Shown here in pieces: positions 16,130 to 29,302 of a DNA stretch of 64,000 nucleotides. The notes beneath the pieces were generated by a model. The model had not been told where the DNA came from. It did no database searches and saw only the letters and a program-made list of their open reading frames with translations. The position numbers and the translations under genes are program-made. How positions within the stretch are numbered: position 1 is the first letter of the stretch; every line of letters starts with the position of its first letter. This stretch comes from the human T2T-CHM13v2.0 reference genome, Homo sapiens. The stretch lies in the NCBI RefSeq assembly GCF_009914755.1, contig NC_060941.1; one strand, written 5' to 3'.

Positions 16130-16450
16130 GGCTGCTTTTCCCAGCGTCCATCAATGCCCCAATTACCTGCAAACTGCTAACACTCAAAGGAATTCTCTCT
16201 GTGTATTAATTGGGCCAAGCACACGTTAATCAGGTAACCCAGGCCCCCTCCATGCCTGCTGGTGTTATTTTCTCCGCAGAACCAGGTAATTTCATTGCTG
16301 GGCTTCGGTGAAAGTTGAAAAGCAGTGTCAGCTTTTTCTGCTCTTAATTAGCGCTGGGCTTTCTCCGGTAAGTCACTGATCATTATCAATGAGCTTGTAA
16401 TTTTATGTCCCAGAATTAGAGACTGATGATTAAAAAGAAAATCAAAAGGC
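16130..16450. promoter_or_regulatory. Candidate enhancer/conserved non-coding block
   Basis: Repeat-free; ATTAATTG, TTAATC, TAATTA, TAATTT, TGATTA, ATCAAT motifs. Confidence 0.4.
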
Positions 16451-17674
16451 TGTGTTGCAGGTCCAATCTCCAAAGACACGGGCATTCTTTCAACCTCCAT
16501 CATCTATTCCACTGTGACCTTTTCTTATAGCTTCACCGAGACTTCCCGAATTGCAACAACTCCTTCTCTTTGGGAAGGGGAGGGCTGTTTCTTCTTGCCC
16601 ATCAGCAATGTAGGTGGCAGTGGCCAGCCCTCTGGCTGGTGGGGAGTAAGCTGGTGGCTTGTATGGGTTCTGAGGTTTTTGTTCAAAGAGGAGGCACACA
16701 AGGGATCTGGGAGCTCTTTTCTCTCCCTCGCTCCCTTTTGGTTCTGAGCACGCCTAAAGCTTTATCTGATCTCACTTCTGGGGCTTTGTACTTAGGACAG
16801 GGATGGTTCATGGAACTCTATCAGAACCAAACCAGGATGGCAGAGGCTCGAGTTCCACTGGGCTCCCGATGCTTGGTCAGGACCCTGAAACCCGTGCGCC
16901 TCTGTGGGGCATAGCGGGTAGTTTTGCCTGCACCCACTCCCCTTTCTTCTGGCCACAGCACCTTACTTTGCCCCCTCTTCTCTCAGTACATTAGTTAGGG
17001 TGACATCTCCCCCCACTTTCAGGGATGGTCTTGAGGCTCAGCCCTCACTGATTCTTGTATGCTCCTTTCCTATGGCCACGAGCCACTCAGGAACAGGCAG
17101 GTAGGTGATCCAAGGAGGCTCAATGAGATTCGGTTGTGTTGGAACTGTGGGAGAAGGGAAGCTCTCTTTGCTGCAGTTGCTAAGCCAGGAGGGGGTCTGC
17201 AGGGAGCTGCCAAAGTGTTCAGTTTGATGCTGATTTAAAGACCACACCGTGGGTGGCATTCGCGAAGGGGTATTGAATGGCTGCCATGCACTTGGTTTTG
17301 AGAGAATATGGGGACAGAAGATGCTTCAAATATTCTCGAGAGGGAAGGAAAGATAGAATTTATTGGTAAATCTCTAACAGATAAACCTCTAAATTAGTAT
17401 ACTGAATACATCATCCTTCCAGATGGAGGTTGCTGGCTTGTTCAAGCCTGAGATGTGGGTGCCCCCACCCACCTGACTCCCAGCCCCACTCTCTGGACTC
17501 CCTTCTAGTCACTAGAGTTCTGTGTTTTCTCTCTGCTCACATATATCCTCAGGAGGTGGCACAATGCACCTCAGAGCAGGGGGTTGGAGTCAGGATTCCT
17601 GTTTCCATCTGTTTGGGTCACTAACTAAATGGCTCTGAATAAGCAACATATCCAATACAAGGTTCCATTTTCTA

Positions 17675-17986
17675 TTTTATTTTATTTTATTATTTTATTT
17701 TTTGAGACAGAGTCTTCCGCTGTCACCCAGGCTGGAGTGCAATGGCACGATCTCTGCTCACTGCAGCCTCCGCTTCCCTGGTTCAAGCAATTCCCCTGGC
17801 TCAACCTCCTGAGTAGCTGAGACTACAGGTGTGTGCCACCACACCCGGCTAATTTTTCATATTTTTAGTAGAGACAGGGTTTCACCATGTTGGCCAGGCT
17901 GGTCTTGATCTCTGGACCTCGTGATCTGCCCACCTTGGCCTCCCAAAGTGCTGGGATTATAGGTGTGAGCCACTGCGCTCAGCCCA
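17675..17986 (-). mobile_element. AluS
   Basis: (TTTTA)n tail; perfect TSD AAGGTTCCATTTTCTA. Confidence 0.97.
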
Positions 17987-18310
17987 AGGTTCCATTTTCT
18001 ACACTGGCTCTGCTTCTCCCACAACCCTACGCACCCTGCCAGACCCCCGGGCTGCACTCTGTCAAGTTGTCGTGAACTCAGACTATCCTGGAGTACACGG
18101 AGGAGCTTGGGGAGTCGCCCCTCTTCTGAGCATTGCATCACTTCTGGAAGGACATTTCCCTCTGGATACTGAGTTAAGAACAGATTGAAATCAGGAAGGA
18201 CCTACTTAGGGCCTCCTCGGTTTTTGACTTCTTCAATCGTAAGCAAATTGAGGCCAAGACTCCCAAGCTGGGCAAATAAGACCTTGGACATGGCTTTCTG
18301 CTGGCCTTAC

Positions 18311-18396
18311 CTCCACTGTTAGTAAGAAGGGCCCTCGCAAGCAGAGCACGTGAGTAGCTTCTGAACCCCGAGTTGCCCCTAGCCAGCATCATGATG
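18311..18396 (-). ncRNA. Candidate 86-nt internal exon of a minus-strand non-coding transcript
   Basis: CTTAAT branch-like motif, GCTTCATCCTCTGCAG acceptor, GAG|GTAAGG donor. Confidence 0.3.
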
Positions 18397-20208
18397 CTGC
18401 AGAGGATGAAGCTCCAGCACTGACCACCATTAAGGTGGCGGCACTCCAAGTCTGGCACCCCTGAGCCTCAGTCCCTGCCTCTCTCTTGTCCCAAAGTCTG
18501 ACCACATCTCAGCCGGGACTCCAGCCTTCATCCCACCTGCAGCTCAGCAACTGTGAAGGGTTGAGGATCAATGATGGGCCCAGCTAGGAGGGGTTTGAGA
18601 GCTTTCACCACCTGTTCTGGGATGCAATGTCAGGGAACTCTTTGCTGGTCCAGGTTTGACCTTGTGTGAGGACCTGCAGCCCCACCTCAGGAGCCAGAAA
18701 TCTAACTCTACTTCCTCTAAGACTCTGGGCTTCTTCTGTCTTTGTCTGATCTCAAAGTTTGTGCATCTTTTAGCTCCTCTGGGCACCTGGAAACTTCTTA
18801 TCCCATGGTCCTAGACTATTTGTATTTTGATCTTCCAAGGTGTTCTCCTGCTAGGATAAGGCCCTGTTACCAGCACAGCATGGGCATGTGGTAGATAGTA
18901 ATTTGGATAGATGTGTGGAAATGACGTGGTAAAAGAATGGTTGAATGGCTGGAAGTGTCCATGAAATGATAAAGTAATGATGGGTGGATAATTGATGGAC
19001 GGATGATGGGTACATTGGTGGATTGATGGATAGATAGGGCTCACTTTAGCAATGATCAGCTTGCTTGCAGCCCCAGGACCCCCTCTGTCATGCTCCAATG
19101 CCTTGCCCTGCTACCTCTGACCCCTAGCCAGTCTGTCCCAGGCCCCTGCCCACCTCCCCATCCTTTTTCCTGGTGCCCCCTGCAGCTGCCTGGTGTGTGG
19201 TGGCAGATGTACCTGGTTTCTGGTTCCTGCCACCCTCAGATTTGGCCTATGCCAGGAACCTCCAGTAGTTCCAGTCCTGATCAAAGCTGAGGATACACTT
19301 GGGTTAGGACCAGTTTGTGGGAGGCTGGGAGTGGTGTCCTAAAATATCAGATGCGTCAGCCCAGGACCTACCCTGCATCCGCCTTTCGACTCTCCAGAGG
19401 GGCAGGCTCCTTGCTTCTAAAAACTTGCGTTGGTTTTTCTTTTATGAAAAAATAATCAAAGCCCTAATGTAGTTGGCAGAGTTTCTGAAAGTCAATAGGA
19501 AAGAAGCAAAGGAAAGGAGCAAGCTGAGGTGGAGATAATTCTCAATGCCTCTGACTGAGACAGATCTAATTAAAACAAATCTTTAAAGCACAGACCTGGA
19601 GGCCGGCCGCAGAGGGAGTGGAAATCTCTGAGATGGACACTTCTCCTGGAGTTAGCTGCTAATGTTGGGACACACACCCTGGCTGCTACTCGTCTTGGCT
19701 CTTCCCAGAGCAGCCTGGCTACTGAGGCAAAGGACTCAGGCTTCAGGTACCTGATCTCTTCTCCCCAGGAACCCGGAACCAGGGTTTTAGGGAGACACAA
19801 TGAATAGCTTGCCAAGACCCCCCTAAGGCAGGGACCTTGCTTTCTTGAGGCTTCATGAAGGGCTTTTTTCTGGGTGCAAGCCTTCATTCCTATGGAATCG
19901 TCAGTGCACATTTGTCAAATGTGCCTGTAATTCACCCACCTCTGGGACTCTCCCTTTAAACGCTCCCATCTGGCATCAGCCTCCTGCTGGGTCTCACCGC
20001 CTCTACTGAACTGCTTCCAGTCCCTCCTGTTTGCAACCCTAGGAGATACTGATGCACATATGTGAGCTGACATCCCTCCTTTGGTTGGATGTTCGAAGAT
20101 CCCCTCATCACTAACAAGGCGAAAACAATGGCATTTAAAACCCTTGGCAATTTGGCTCTGCCCCATTTCCCACCTGTCTGCTAAACCTCAGCTGTGATTC
20201 CTTCACCA

Positions 20209-20500
20209 TTTTTTTTTTTTTTGAGATAGAGTCTCACTCTGTCGCCAGGCTGGAGTGCAGTGCGCGATCTCGGCTCACTGCAATCTCTGACTCCCTGGTT
20301 CAAGTGATTCTCCTGCCTCAACCCCCCGAGTAGCTGGGATTACAGGCATGTGCCACCACGGCCAGCTAATTTTTGTACTTTCAGTAGAGACGGAGTTTCA
20401 CCATGTTGGCCAGGATGGTCTTGATCTCCTGACCTCATGATCCACCCGCCTTGGCCTCCCAAAGTGCTGGGATTACAGGTGTGAGCCACTGAGCCTGGCC
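20209..20500 (-). mobile_element. AluSc-like
   Basis: GTCGCCAGGCTGG and CAGGATGGTCTTGATCTC diagnostics; TSD CCTTCAC. Confidence 0.95.
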
Positions 20501-20507
20501 CCTTCAC

Positions 20508-21720
20508 TTTTATTTTAATTTGATCTTATTATTTTTATTTAATGTTATTGGGATAAAAATCCCATAATGTGATATTAACTGTTAACCATTTTGAAAGTGT
20601 ACAATTCACTGACATCCAGCACATTTGTGATATTGTACAATCATCACCTCCATCCAGCCCCAGGACATTTCATCACCCCACAGGGATATCCCATATCCAC
20701 TAGCAGGCATTCTCCATTCTTCTCCCACTCCCCAGGATGTGGCAACCACTAACACGCTTTCTGTCTCTATGGAATCACTTATTCTGAACATTTCATATAA
20801 ATGAAAGCATACAATATGTGACCTATTGCATCTAGCTTCTTTCACTTAGCATGATGTTTCTGAGGCTCGTCCATATTGTAGCATGAATCAATACGTCCTT
20901 TTTGTGGCCAAATAATAGTCCATCAGGATCTAGAACCAGAAATACCATTTGACCCAGCAATCTCATTACTGGGTATATACCCAAAGGATTATAATTCATT
21001 CTACTATAAAGACACATGCACACGTATATATATTGCAGCCCTGTTTACAATAGCAAAGACTTGGAACCAACCCAAATGCCCATCAATGATAGACTAGATA
21101 AAGAAAATGTGGCACATATACACCATGGAATACTATGCAGCCATAAAAAAGAATGAGTTCATGTCCTTTACAGGGACATGGATGCAGCTGGAAACCATCA
21201 TTCTCAGCAAAGTAACACAGGAACAGGCAACCAAACACCACATGTTCTCACTCATAAGTGGGAGTTGAACAATGAGAACACATGGACACAGGGAGGGGAA
21301 CATCACACACCGGGGCCTGTCGGGGGTGGTGGGGAGCAAGGGGAGGGAGAGCATTAGGACAAATACCTAATGCATGCAGGGCTTAAATCCTAGATGACGG
21401 GTTGGTAGGTGCAGCAAACCACCTTGGCACATGTATACCTATGTAACAAACCTGCACGTTCTGCACATGTATCCCAGAACTTAAAGTAAAATAATAATAA
21501 TATTCCATAGCACGGACACACCACATTTAGTTTATCCATTCGTTCATCAACAGACACTTGTGTTGTTTCCACCTCTGCCATTGTGCATAGTGCTGGCAAT
21601 AAACAGTCATGGACAAGGACTTGAGTCTCTTATTTGAAATCCCTTGGGTATATACCAAGGAGTGGAACTGCTGGGGTCATATGGCAGCTCTGTATTGAAG
21701 CTTTAGAGGAAGCACCTGAA
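20508..21720 (-). mobile_element. L1MB 3' end (host of the L1PA insertion)
   Basis: AAGTGTACAATTCA...CTTTCTGTCTCTATGGA...CTTCTTTCACTTAGCATGATGTTT; resumes after 21508. Confidence 0.85.
20924..21495 (+). mobile_element. L1PA7-like, 5'-truncated (ORF2 C-terminus + 3' UTR)
   Basis: GATCTAGAACCAGAAATACCATTTGACCCAGC...TAATGCATGCAGGGCTTAAA...ATCCCAGAACTTAAAGTAAAAT; TSD AATAATAGTCCAT/AATAATATTCCAT. Confidence 0.92.
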
Positions 21721-22539
21721 CCCTGGTTTCTCGATGTCCTCTGGACACACTGTGCCCTTTTGCCCTCAGTGTCTTCACACATGCTGCTCCTCCTGCATTT
21801 TATGCTTGTCCTTCCTTCCCTACCCGACAAACTTCTATTCCTCTTCCCAGACTCTGCTGGAGTGTTAGCCCCTTTTTGAATCCTTCTCACCCTGTGTGCA
21901 AACTTAGTGCAGGTGCTCTAGGCTCTGCGGCGGCTCTGCTGCAGCTCTTGGAATAGATTGCAGCTGCCTGTCTGTGTGCTCTCCCCTCCAGGCTGAACTG
22001 GGCATTCTTTGAGCATGGAGACCCTGCCTGGATCATGTTTACCTCCTCAGTGCCAAGGCAGGTGCTTATGAGCTTATGAGATGCTTTTATGGGGACTGAG
22101 TAAATGGGGGGCCCATGTGTGTGGCATGGGACTGGGATTGCTGGGCTCTTCAACACACAGTTTCTGGGAGCCTGTGGCTGTTGAGGACCCCAAGTGCCCC
22201 AGAATGGCCTCGCTTGGCTCCAGGGCAGTGCTCACATTTGTTCTCCTCCCTCTCAGTATGCGGTGGCCGGCTGTCGGCCCTGCGCAGGCATTGTCATGCT
22301 TCATTAGGCTTGCTTTTGTTGCTGCGTGCTGAGGTTTTCACTGTTGCTAGGTTGTCTTCTGTTTCATATACATTTCCCCATTTTTTTTCCTTTGGCAAAT
22401 AATCAGCACCCAATTAATTCTGAATTTCCCATTGTTTGCTCCAGCTGTCGAGCTCCTTGCACGAGCAAAGAATGATTGTTCAATGTTTTCCTTGTAATGA
22501 ACTGTGAGAGTCGGCTGGGTCACTTCTGGTTTTGAGGAG

Positions 22540-22925
22540 AAGAGCGGGTGAGAGACAGAGGCACATGGAGAGCTTGAGAAACAGAGACAAAGAAAGAAAG
22601 AGAGGGACAGAGAGACACAGAGGGAGGAAAGAAAAGAAAAATAGAGATGGAGAGAAAGAGAGGGCTGGGTGAAGACACAGAAACAAGCACAAAGAGACAA
22701 GAATATTTGGAAATAGATACACACTCAGAAGTGGACAGTCCCACAGATGCACAGAGGGAAATGCACTTACAAAGACACACGGAGAGAGAGAGACAGAGAT
22801 CCTTTAACACACACAGACCAACAGGGAAAACACAGTGGGATACATAGAGACACACAAAGAGATAAGGAGAGACACAGGACAGTGATAGAGGGGCCAAGGG
22901 AGACAGAGAGAGGAAGAAACAGACC
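22540..22925. repeat. GA/CA-rich low-complexity tract
   Basis: Degenerate (GAGACA)n, purine-rich + strand. Confidence 0.85.
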
Positions 22926-22984
22926 CCGGATGATTGAATGATGCCTGTGTGAGTCTGTGTAGCAGCAGACTCTGGTGTCAGCAT

Positions 22985-23215
22985 AACAGTGATCAGATTG
23001 GACATTACTGAGTGCCCACCACATACCTGACGCTGTAACAGGATCCACTCACAATCTCTCTGGAATGCAGGCACTGGCATCCCTATTCTCCAGGTGAGGA
23101 AACTGAAGCTCAGAACTCAATAAACATACACACGGCCACACAGCTAGCAAAAGGCAAGAGGAAATTTGAAACAAGCGTGTCTGCCTCTAAAGCCCAAGTT
23201 CTTAACGCTCATACC
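22985..23215 (-). mobile_element. MIR
   Basis: CAGGTGAGGAAACTGAAGCTCAGA...GGCCACACAGCTAG...ATTTGAAAC. Confidence 0.8.
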
Positions 23216-23280
23216 CTGTTGCTTCCCAGAAGACCTGCTCTTGGGTCTCAGTTCTGCTACTGAATAGCCAGCTGTGCAGC

Positions 23281-24961
23281 TGAGAGGTGACAGCGTGCTG
23301 GCAGTCCTCACAGCCCTCGCTCGCTCTCGGCGCCTCCTCTGCCTGGGCTCTCACTTTGGTGGCACTTGAGGAGCCCTTCATCCCGCCGCTGCACTGTGGG
23401 AGCCCCTTTCCGGGCTGGCCAAGGCCGGAGCCGGCTCCCTCAGCTTGTGGGGAGGTGTAGAGGGAGAGGCGCGGGCGGGAACTGGGGCTGCGCGCGGCGC
23501 TTGCGGGCCAGCGCGAATTCCGGGTGGGCGTGGGCTCGGCGGGCCCCGCACGCTGAGCGGCCGGCCCGCGCCGCCAGCCCCCGGCAGTGAGGGGCTTAGC
23601 ACCTGGGCCAGCAGCTGCTGTGCTCAATTTCTCGCCGGGCCTTAGGGCCTTCCCACGGGGCAGGGCTCGGGACCTGCAGCCCGCCGTGCCTGAGCTTCCC
23701 CCTCCCCCCGCCCGCCCCGACCTCCGTGGGCTCCTGCGCTGCCGGAGCCTCCCCGACGAGCGCCGCCCCCTGCTCCAAGGCGCCCAGTCCCATCGACCAC
23801 CCAGGGGCTGAGGAGTGCGGGCGCACGACGCAGGACTGGCAGGCAGCTCCATGTGCGGCCCCGGTGCGGGATCCACTGGGTGAAGCCAGCTGGGCCAGCT
23901 GGGCTCCTGAGTCTGGTGGGGATTTGGAGGACCTTTATGTCTAGCTAAGGGATGGTAAATACACCAATCGGCACTCTGTATCTAGCTCAAGGTTTGTAAA
24001 CACACCAATCAGCACCCTGTGTCTAGCTCAGGGTTTGTGAATGCACCAATCCACACTCTGTATCTAGCTACTCTGGTGGGGCCTTGGAGAACCTTTATGT
24101 CTAGCTCAGGGATTGTGAATACACCAATCAGCACTCTGTATCTAGCTCAAGATTTGTAAACACACCAATCAGCACCCTGTGTCTAGCTCAGGGTTTGTGA
24201 ATGCACCAATCCACACTCTGTATCTAGCTACTCTGGTGGGGACTTGGAGAACCTTTGTGTCCACACTCTGTATCTAGCTAATCTAGTGGGGACGTGCAGA
24301 ACCTTTGAGTCTAGCTCAGGGATTGTAAATGCACCAATCAGCGCCCTGTCAAAACAGACCACTGGGCTCTCTGTAAAATGCACCAATCAGTGGATGTGGG
24401 TGGGGCCAGATAAGAATAAAAGCAGCTGCCCAAGCTAGCAATAGCAACCCGTTGGAGTCCCTTTCCACACTGTGGAAGGTTTGTTCTTTTGCTCTTTGCA
24501 ATAAATCTTGCTGCTGCTCACTGTTTGGGTCCACATTGCTTTTATGAGCTGTAACACTCGCCGCGAAGGTCTACAGCTTCAGTCCTGAAGCCAGCGAGAC
24601 CACCAACCCACCAGGAGGAACAAACAACTTCAGACGCGCTGCCTTAAGAGCTGTAACACTCACCGCGAAGGTCTGCAGCTTCACTCCTGAAGCCAGCGAG
24701 ACCACGAACCCATCAGGAGGAACGAACAACTCCAGACGCGCCGCCTTAAGAGCTGCAACACTCACCGCGAAGGTCCGTAGCTTCACTCCTGAGCCAGCGA
24801 GACCACGAACCCACCAAAAGGAAGAAACTCCGGACACATCCTAACATCAGAAGGAACAAACTCCGGACACGCCACCTTTAAGAACTGTAACACTCACCGC
24901 GAAGGTCCACGGCTTCATTCTTTAAGTCAGTGAGACTGAGAACCCACCAATTCCAGACACA
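23281..24961 (+). mobile_element. LTR12C (HERV9/ERV9 solo LTR), full length 1681 bp
   Basis: Starts TGAGAGGTGACAGCGTGCTGGCAG, ends AATTCCAGACACA, TSD CAGC; CpG-rich 5' part, CCAAT repeats, U5 tandem repeats. Confidence 0.97.
23964..24445 (+). promoter_or_regulatory. LTR12C U3 enhancer/promoter
   Basis: 8 CCAAT boxes (23964, 24005, 24046, 24124, 24165, 24206, 24334, 24383), GGGTGGGG, AGATAA 24408, ERV9 TATA-equivalent AATAAAA 24415. Confidence 0.8.
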
Positions 24962-25426
24962 CAGCTACAGCCAAGCCTCTTTGCTTCTCTGGGCCAGCCT
25001 CTCTGGAGCTGAATCGTGGCTGGCTGGATTTGAGGAGCCTGCATGGGCGCACTCTCTCTCTCTGAATCCCAGCTAGGGCTCTCCTGGCTGTAATTACTAA
25101 GACTCAGCTGCTGGGAATTTCCACGCCTCCTACCTCTCTACAGGGCAGTCCCTCCATATTAGGAAACCCACTGGCACGCTCCGCCGTTATCTTCGCAAGA
25201 CTTCCGTTGTTGCCTCAAGTTGCAGATTGCCTTTTAACAGAGAAAAAAGTGACAGGTTTGTTTCTGGGAAGGGATGTGTTTGCGATCAGGGAGGACGGGA
25301 CGGTTGTAGCTTGGGTTGAGATGCACAGACAAGCATCTTCGAACCCACATCAGGTGGGACACCCCGTTTGCTCCCAGGAGGGCTACTGCGGGGTAGGATT
25401 AAGTGCTTGTTAAAGAGAAGAGCTGT

Positions 25427-25823
<397 letters not shown>

Positions 25824-26335
25824 TCACTATCTAATGTACAATATATCTTATTTATCTGATTTCTGTCTCTCTCTCTGTCTAGAATATAAACCCCATGAAG
25901 GCAGAGATTTTTGCCTGTTTTTTTCATATATAATATGCACTTAAATGTTTGTTGAATGAATGAATGCGAGTGTGTATCTATCATGAATCTCAGGCCGTCG
26001 ATAGTACCCAAATTTTCTTCCCTCTGGCTGAGGTGGGTTGGGGGATTCCAGAGAAGCTGGAGAACTGTTGTGGTTTCTTTCAAGAATAACACCCCAGAAG
26101 CTGCAGCAAGGTTTTGAGTAGTAACATTCCATTTGTGTTTTAGAAAGATGTCTCTGCTGGCAGCGTGGGGGGCAGACTGGCTTGGGGATGCTGGAGGCTG
26201 GAGCTCTAAGTAGAGGATGGTGTTATCCAACACCCGGAGGCATCAGGACCTGCAAAAGTGCTGTCAAAACAGGAAAATGCTGTGAACTTTAACAAAATTG
26301 TCAAGTTCACCAACTTTTTTTTTTCTCTGTTGAAG

Positions 26336-26477
26336 ATCTTGCTTGCTTGACTGGTTTTTCCAAATTCCCAGAGCTTCTCGGAAGTCAGTCAATATGGCAT
26401 TATTGTCATTTGGGGAACAGTAAACCTTTGAAAAATGCCTTTTGCGTTCTGGATTTGTGGAAACCGTTTGAACCGTG
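26336..26477 (+). ncRNA. Candidate 142-nt exon downstream of LTR12C
   Basis: C(T)10CTCTGTTGAAG acceptor; GTG|GTGAGT donor. Confidence 0.35.
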
Positions 26478-26794
26478 GTGAGTCCTTCGAAACACAGTGT
26501 TTTGATTTTCTCAATAATTTCTTGAGGATCATTAGAAATGGGAATTCAAGAGTTAGGATGGATTTTTCCCATAGGCTGCATACATGTCACAAAGCATGAT
26601 TTATTGTGGCACTTCAATAAGAACTTATGGAACAGGCAAAGGTGTCCACTCAGCAGCCCTTAGGAAGCTCATTTTTGAGGCTTATGGGTCCGCTGTTTTC
26701 CAGACGCCAGGAGGTGTGGGCAAGAGCCTGTCTCAGGGTGGGAAGATTGCTCTTGGTAACTCATGAGTCCTTCACACCTGGGGTTGAGCCACTT

Positions 26795-26975
26795 CCACCC
26801 CCCAGCCTCCACCTCCACCCCCCAGCCTCCACCTCCACCCCCCAGCCTCCACCTCCACCCCCCAGCCTCCACCTCCACCCCCCAGCCTCCACCTCCACCC
26901 CCCAGCCTCCACCTCCACCCCCCAGCCTCCACCTCCACCCCCAGCCTCCACCTCCACCCCCCAGCCTCCACCTCC
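26795..26975. repeat. 20-bp minisatellite (CCCAGCCTCCACCTCCACCC)x~9
   Basis: 7 perfect units 26801-26940, one 19-bp unit, partial units at both ends. Confidence 0.97.
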
Positions 26976-27939
26976 CACTGCTGCATGGAGCCCTATCAGA
27001 CCAGGTGACCCTCAAGCATCCTTCAAAGCCTGCAAGGTTTTGGGATTTGGAGTTCAAGTGCAAACTCATTTAGTTCATGCCTTACTAGTCAGTGCCCAGG
27101 GAGATAGGGAGTAGGTGGGGTTGGTCGTGCCAGGGTCTGGGATGGTACAGGCTGGTCTGGAGTAGGAGGGAGTAGAAAGAGAATAAACTTGTTTCCTCCT
27201 TTTTTATCCCTTCCAAGGAAGGATTGAAAGGGTATGTCCAAGGGCATTATGGAAACTATGGCTTTGCCAGAAGGTGTTGATGAGAGAGACAGTCACGGGT
27301 GACTGAGGCCCTGGCTGTGGTCTTCACTGCCATCCCTAAGAATCTGTTTTGGTATTTTATGTGTGGCAGGAAAGAAATCCTATGTTCTCACCAGCCTCAC
27401 TAGACCCTGATGTCTAGTGTGGTTCTGCACACATGCTGCCAGTCCCTTCTCCGAGCTCCTGCCCATGCTGCGCCTTCTGCCTCAAATGTACTTCCTCGTG
27501 CACGTGGCTCGAATCTACTAGTGTTTTAATACTCAGCATGGGAGAACCCCCTCTGTGCTTCCTAGGACTTGCCCCAGCAGAGTTAATGGCTCTGAGTGCC
27601 CTTTATACAGCCCGTATCACATTGCAATGTTGCCTGTTTGCCCTCCCAAGAATGCCTGAGGGTGGAGAAAGGTCTCATACATTCTTGCAGCTCCGAAGGC
27701 CAGCACAGGGGCAGGCACATAGTAAATGGTGGTTGAATTTTACTAATCTGTCCGGGCTCAGAGTCCTGCAGACCTGAGTTTGAATCTTCTCTCCTGACAT
27801 TTGTTAGCTCTGTGACCTTGCGCGAATCAACTGGCAAGCTCATCAGCCTGTTTCCTCACCTCTGTACCTGACCAGGGGAAGGTTAAGTAGATGGAATGGG
27901 TTCTATAAACCGAAAAAACAAAAACAAAAAAACACCCAC

Positions 27940-28410
27940 ACATATAATACTTATTGAGCCACCTGTTATGTGCCAGAAACAGCCCTGAGCTCTTTACATG
28001 TATAAACTCTCTAAATTTTCACAACAACCCTACGAGCTAGGTACTATTGTCATCTAATAATAATGTGAGGAAACTGAGGTGCAGGTGTTAAGTCACTGGC
28101 CTACGACCACACAGCTAGAAAGTAGCATGATTGGGATTTGAACCTGGAGAAGGTAGCTCCAAAGTCCATGTGCCTAACCATAATCCCAGCTCCCCGAGGA
28201 CATCGCTATTAATATTTATTGAGTACCTACTATTGGCTGAGCACTTTATTTCAACTCATCCTCACAGAAACTCAATCAGGTATTATTACTCTTATATGAG
28301 AGATGAGAAAATTGAGGCTCAGAGAGGTTAAGGAGCTTGTCTAAGGTCACACCGGTAGTGACAGAGTTAAGATGCTAGCTGATGAGCCCTAAAGCCTGTG
28401 ATTCTTTTCT
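27940..28410 (-). mobile_element. Two tandem MIRs
   Basis: GTGAGGAAACTGAGG...GGATTTGAACCTGG (to ~28185); GATGAGAAAATTGAGGCTCAGAGAGGTTAAG (28205-28410). Confidence 0.8.
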
Positions 28411-28534
28411 ATTCCTTTCTCATTTCTTACTCCCTTAATTGTATTGCAGAAGAAACAGAAGACCAGGGAACAAAGGTGTTTTGCCTGGAGCCATGCAGTG
28501 GCTTCTTGGTGGAGCAGGAATTAAGACTTAGCCT

Positions 28535-29302
<768 letters not shown>

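Noticed and set aside
20924-21280. L1 ORF2 coding fragment as CDS
   Set aside because: Only the C-terminal tip of a 5'-truncated L1PA7-like copy; non-functional
23202-23876. 224-aa minus-strand ORF and overlapping GC-rich ORFs; CpG-island-like composition
   Set aside because: Almost entirely within the GC-rich U3 of LTR12C, where stop-poor frames are expected; not a gene or a gene-associated CpG island
26627-27073. Proline-rich and Gly/Trp-rich ORFs resembling extensin/formin
   Set aside because: Translation of the 20-bp minisatellite
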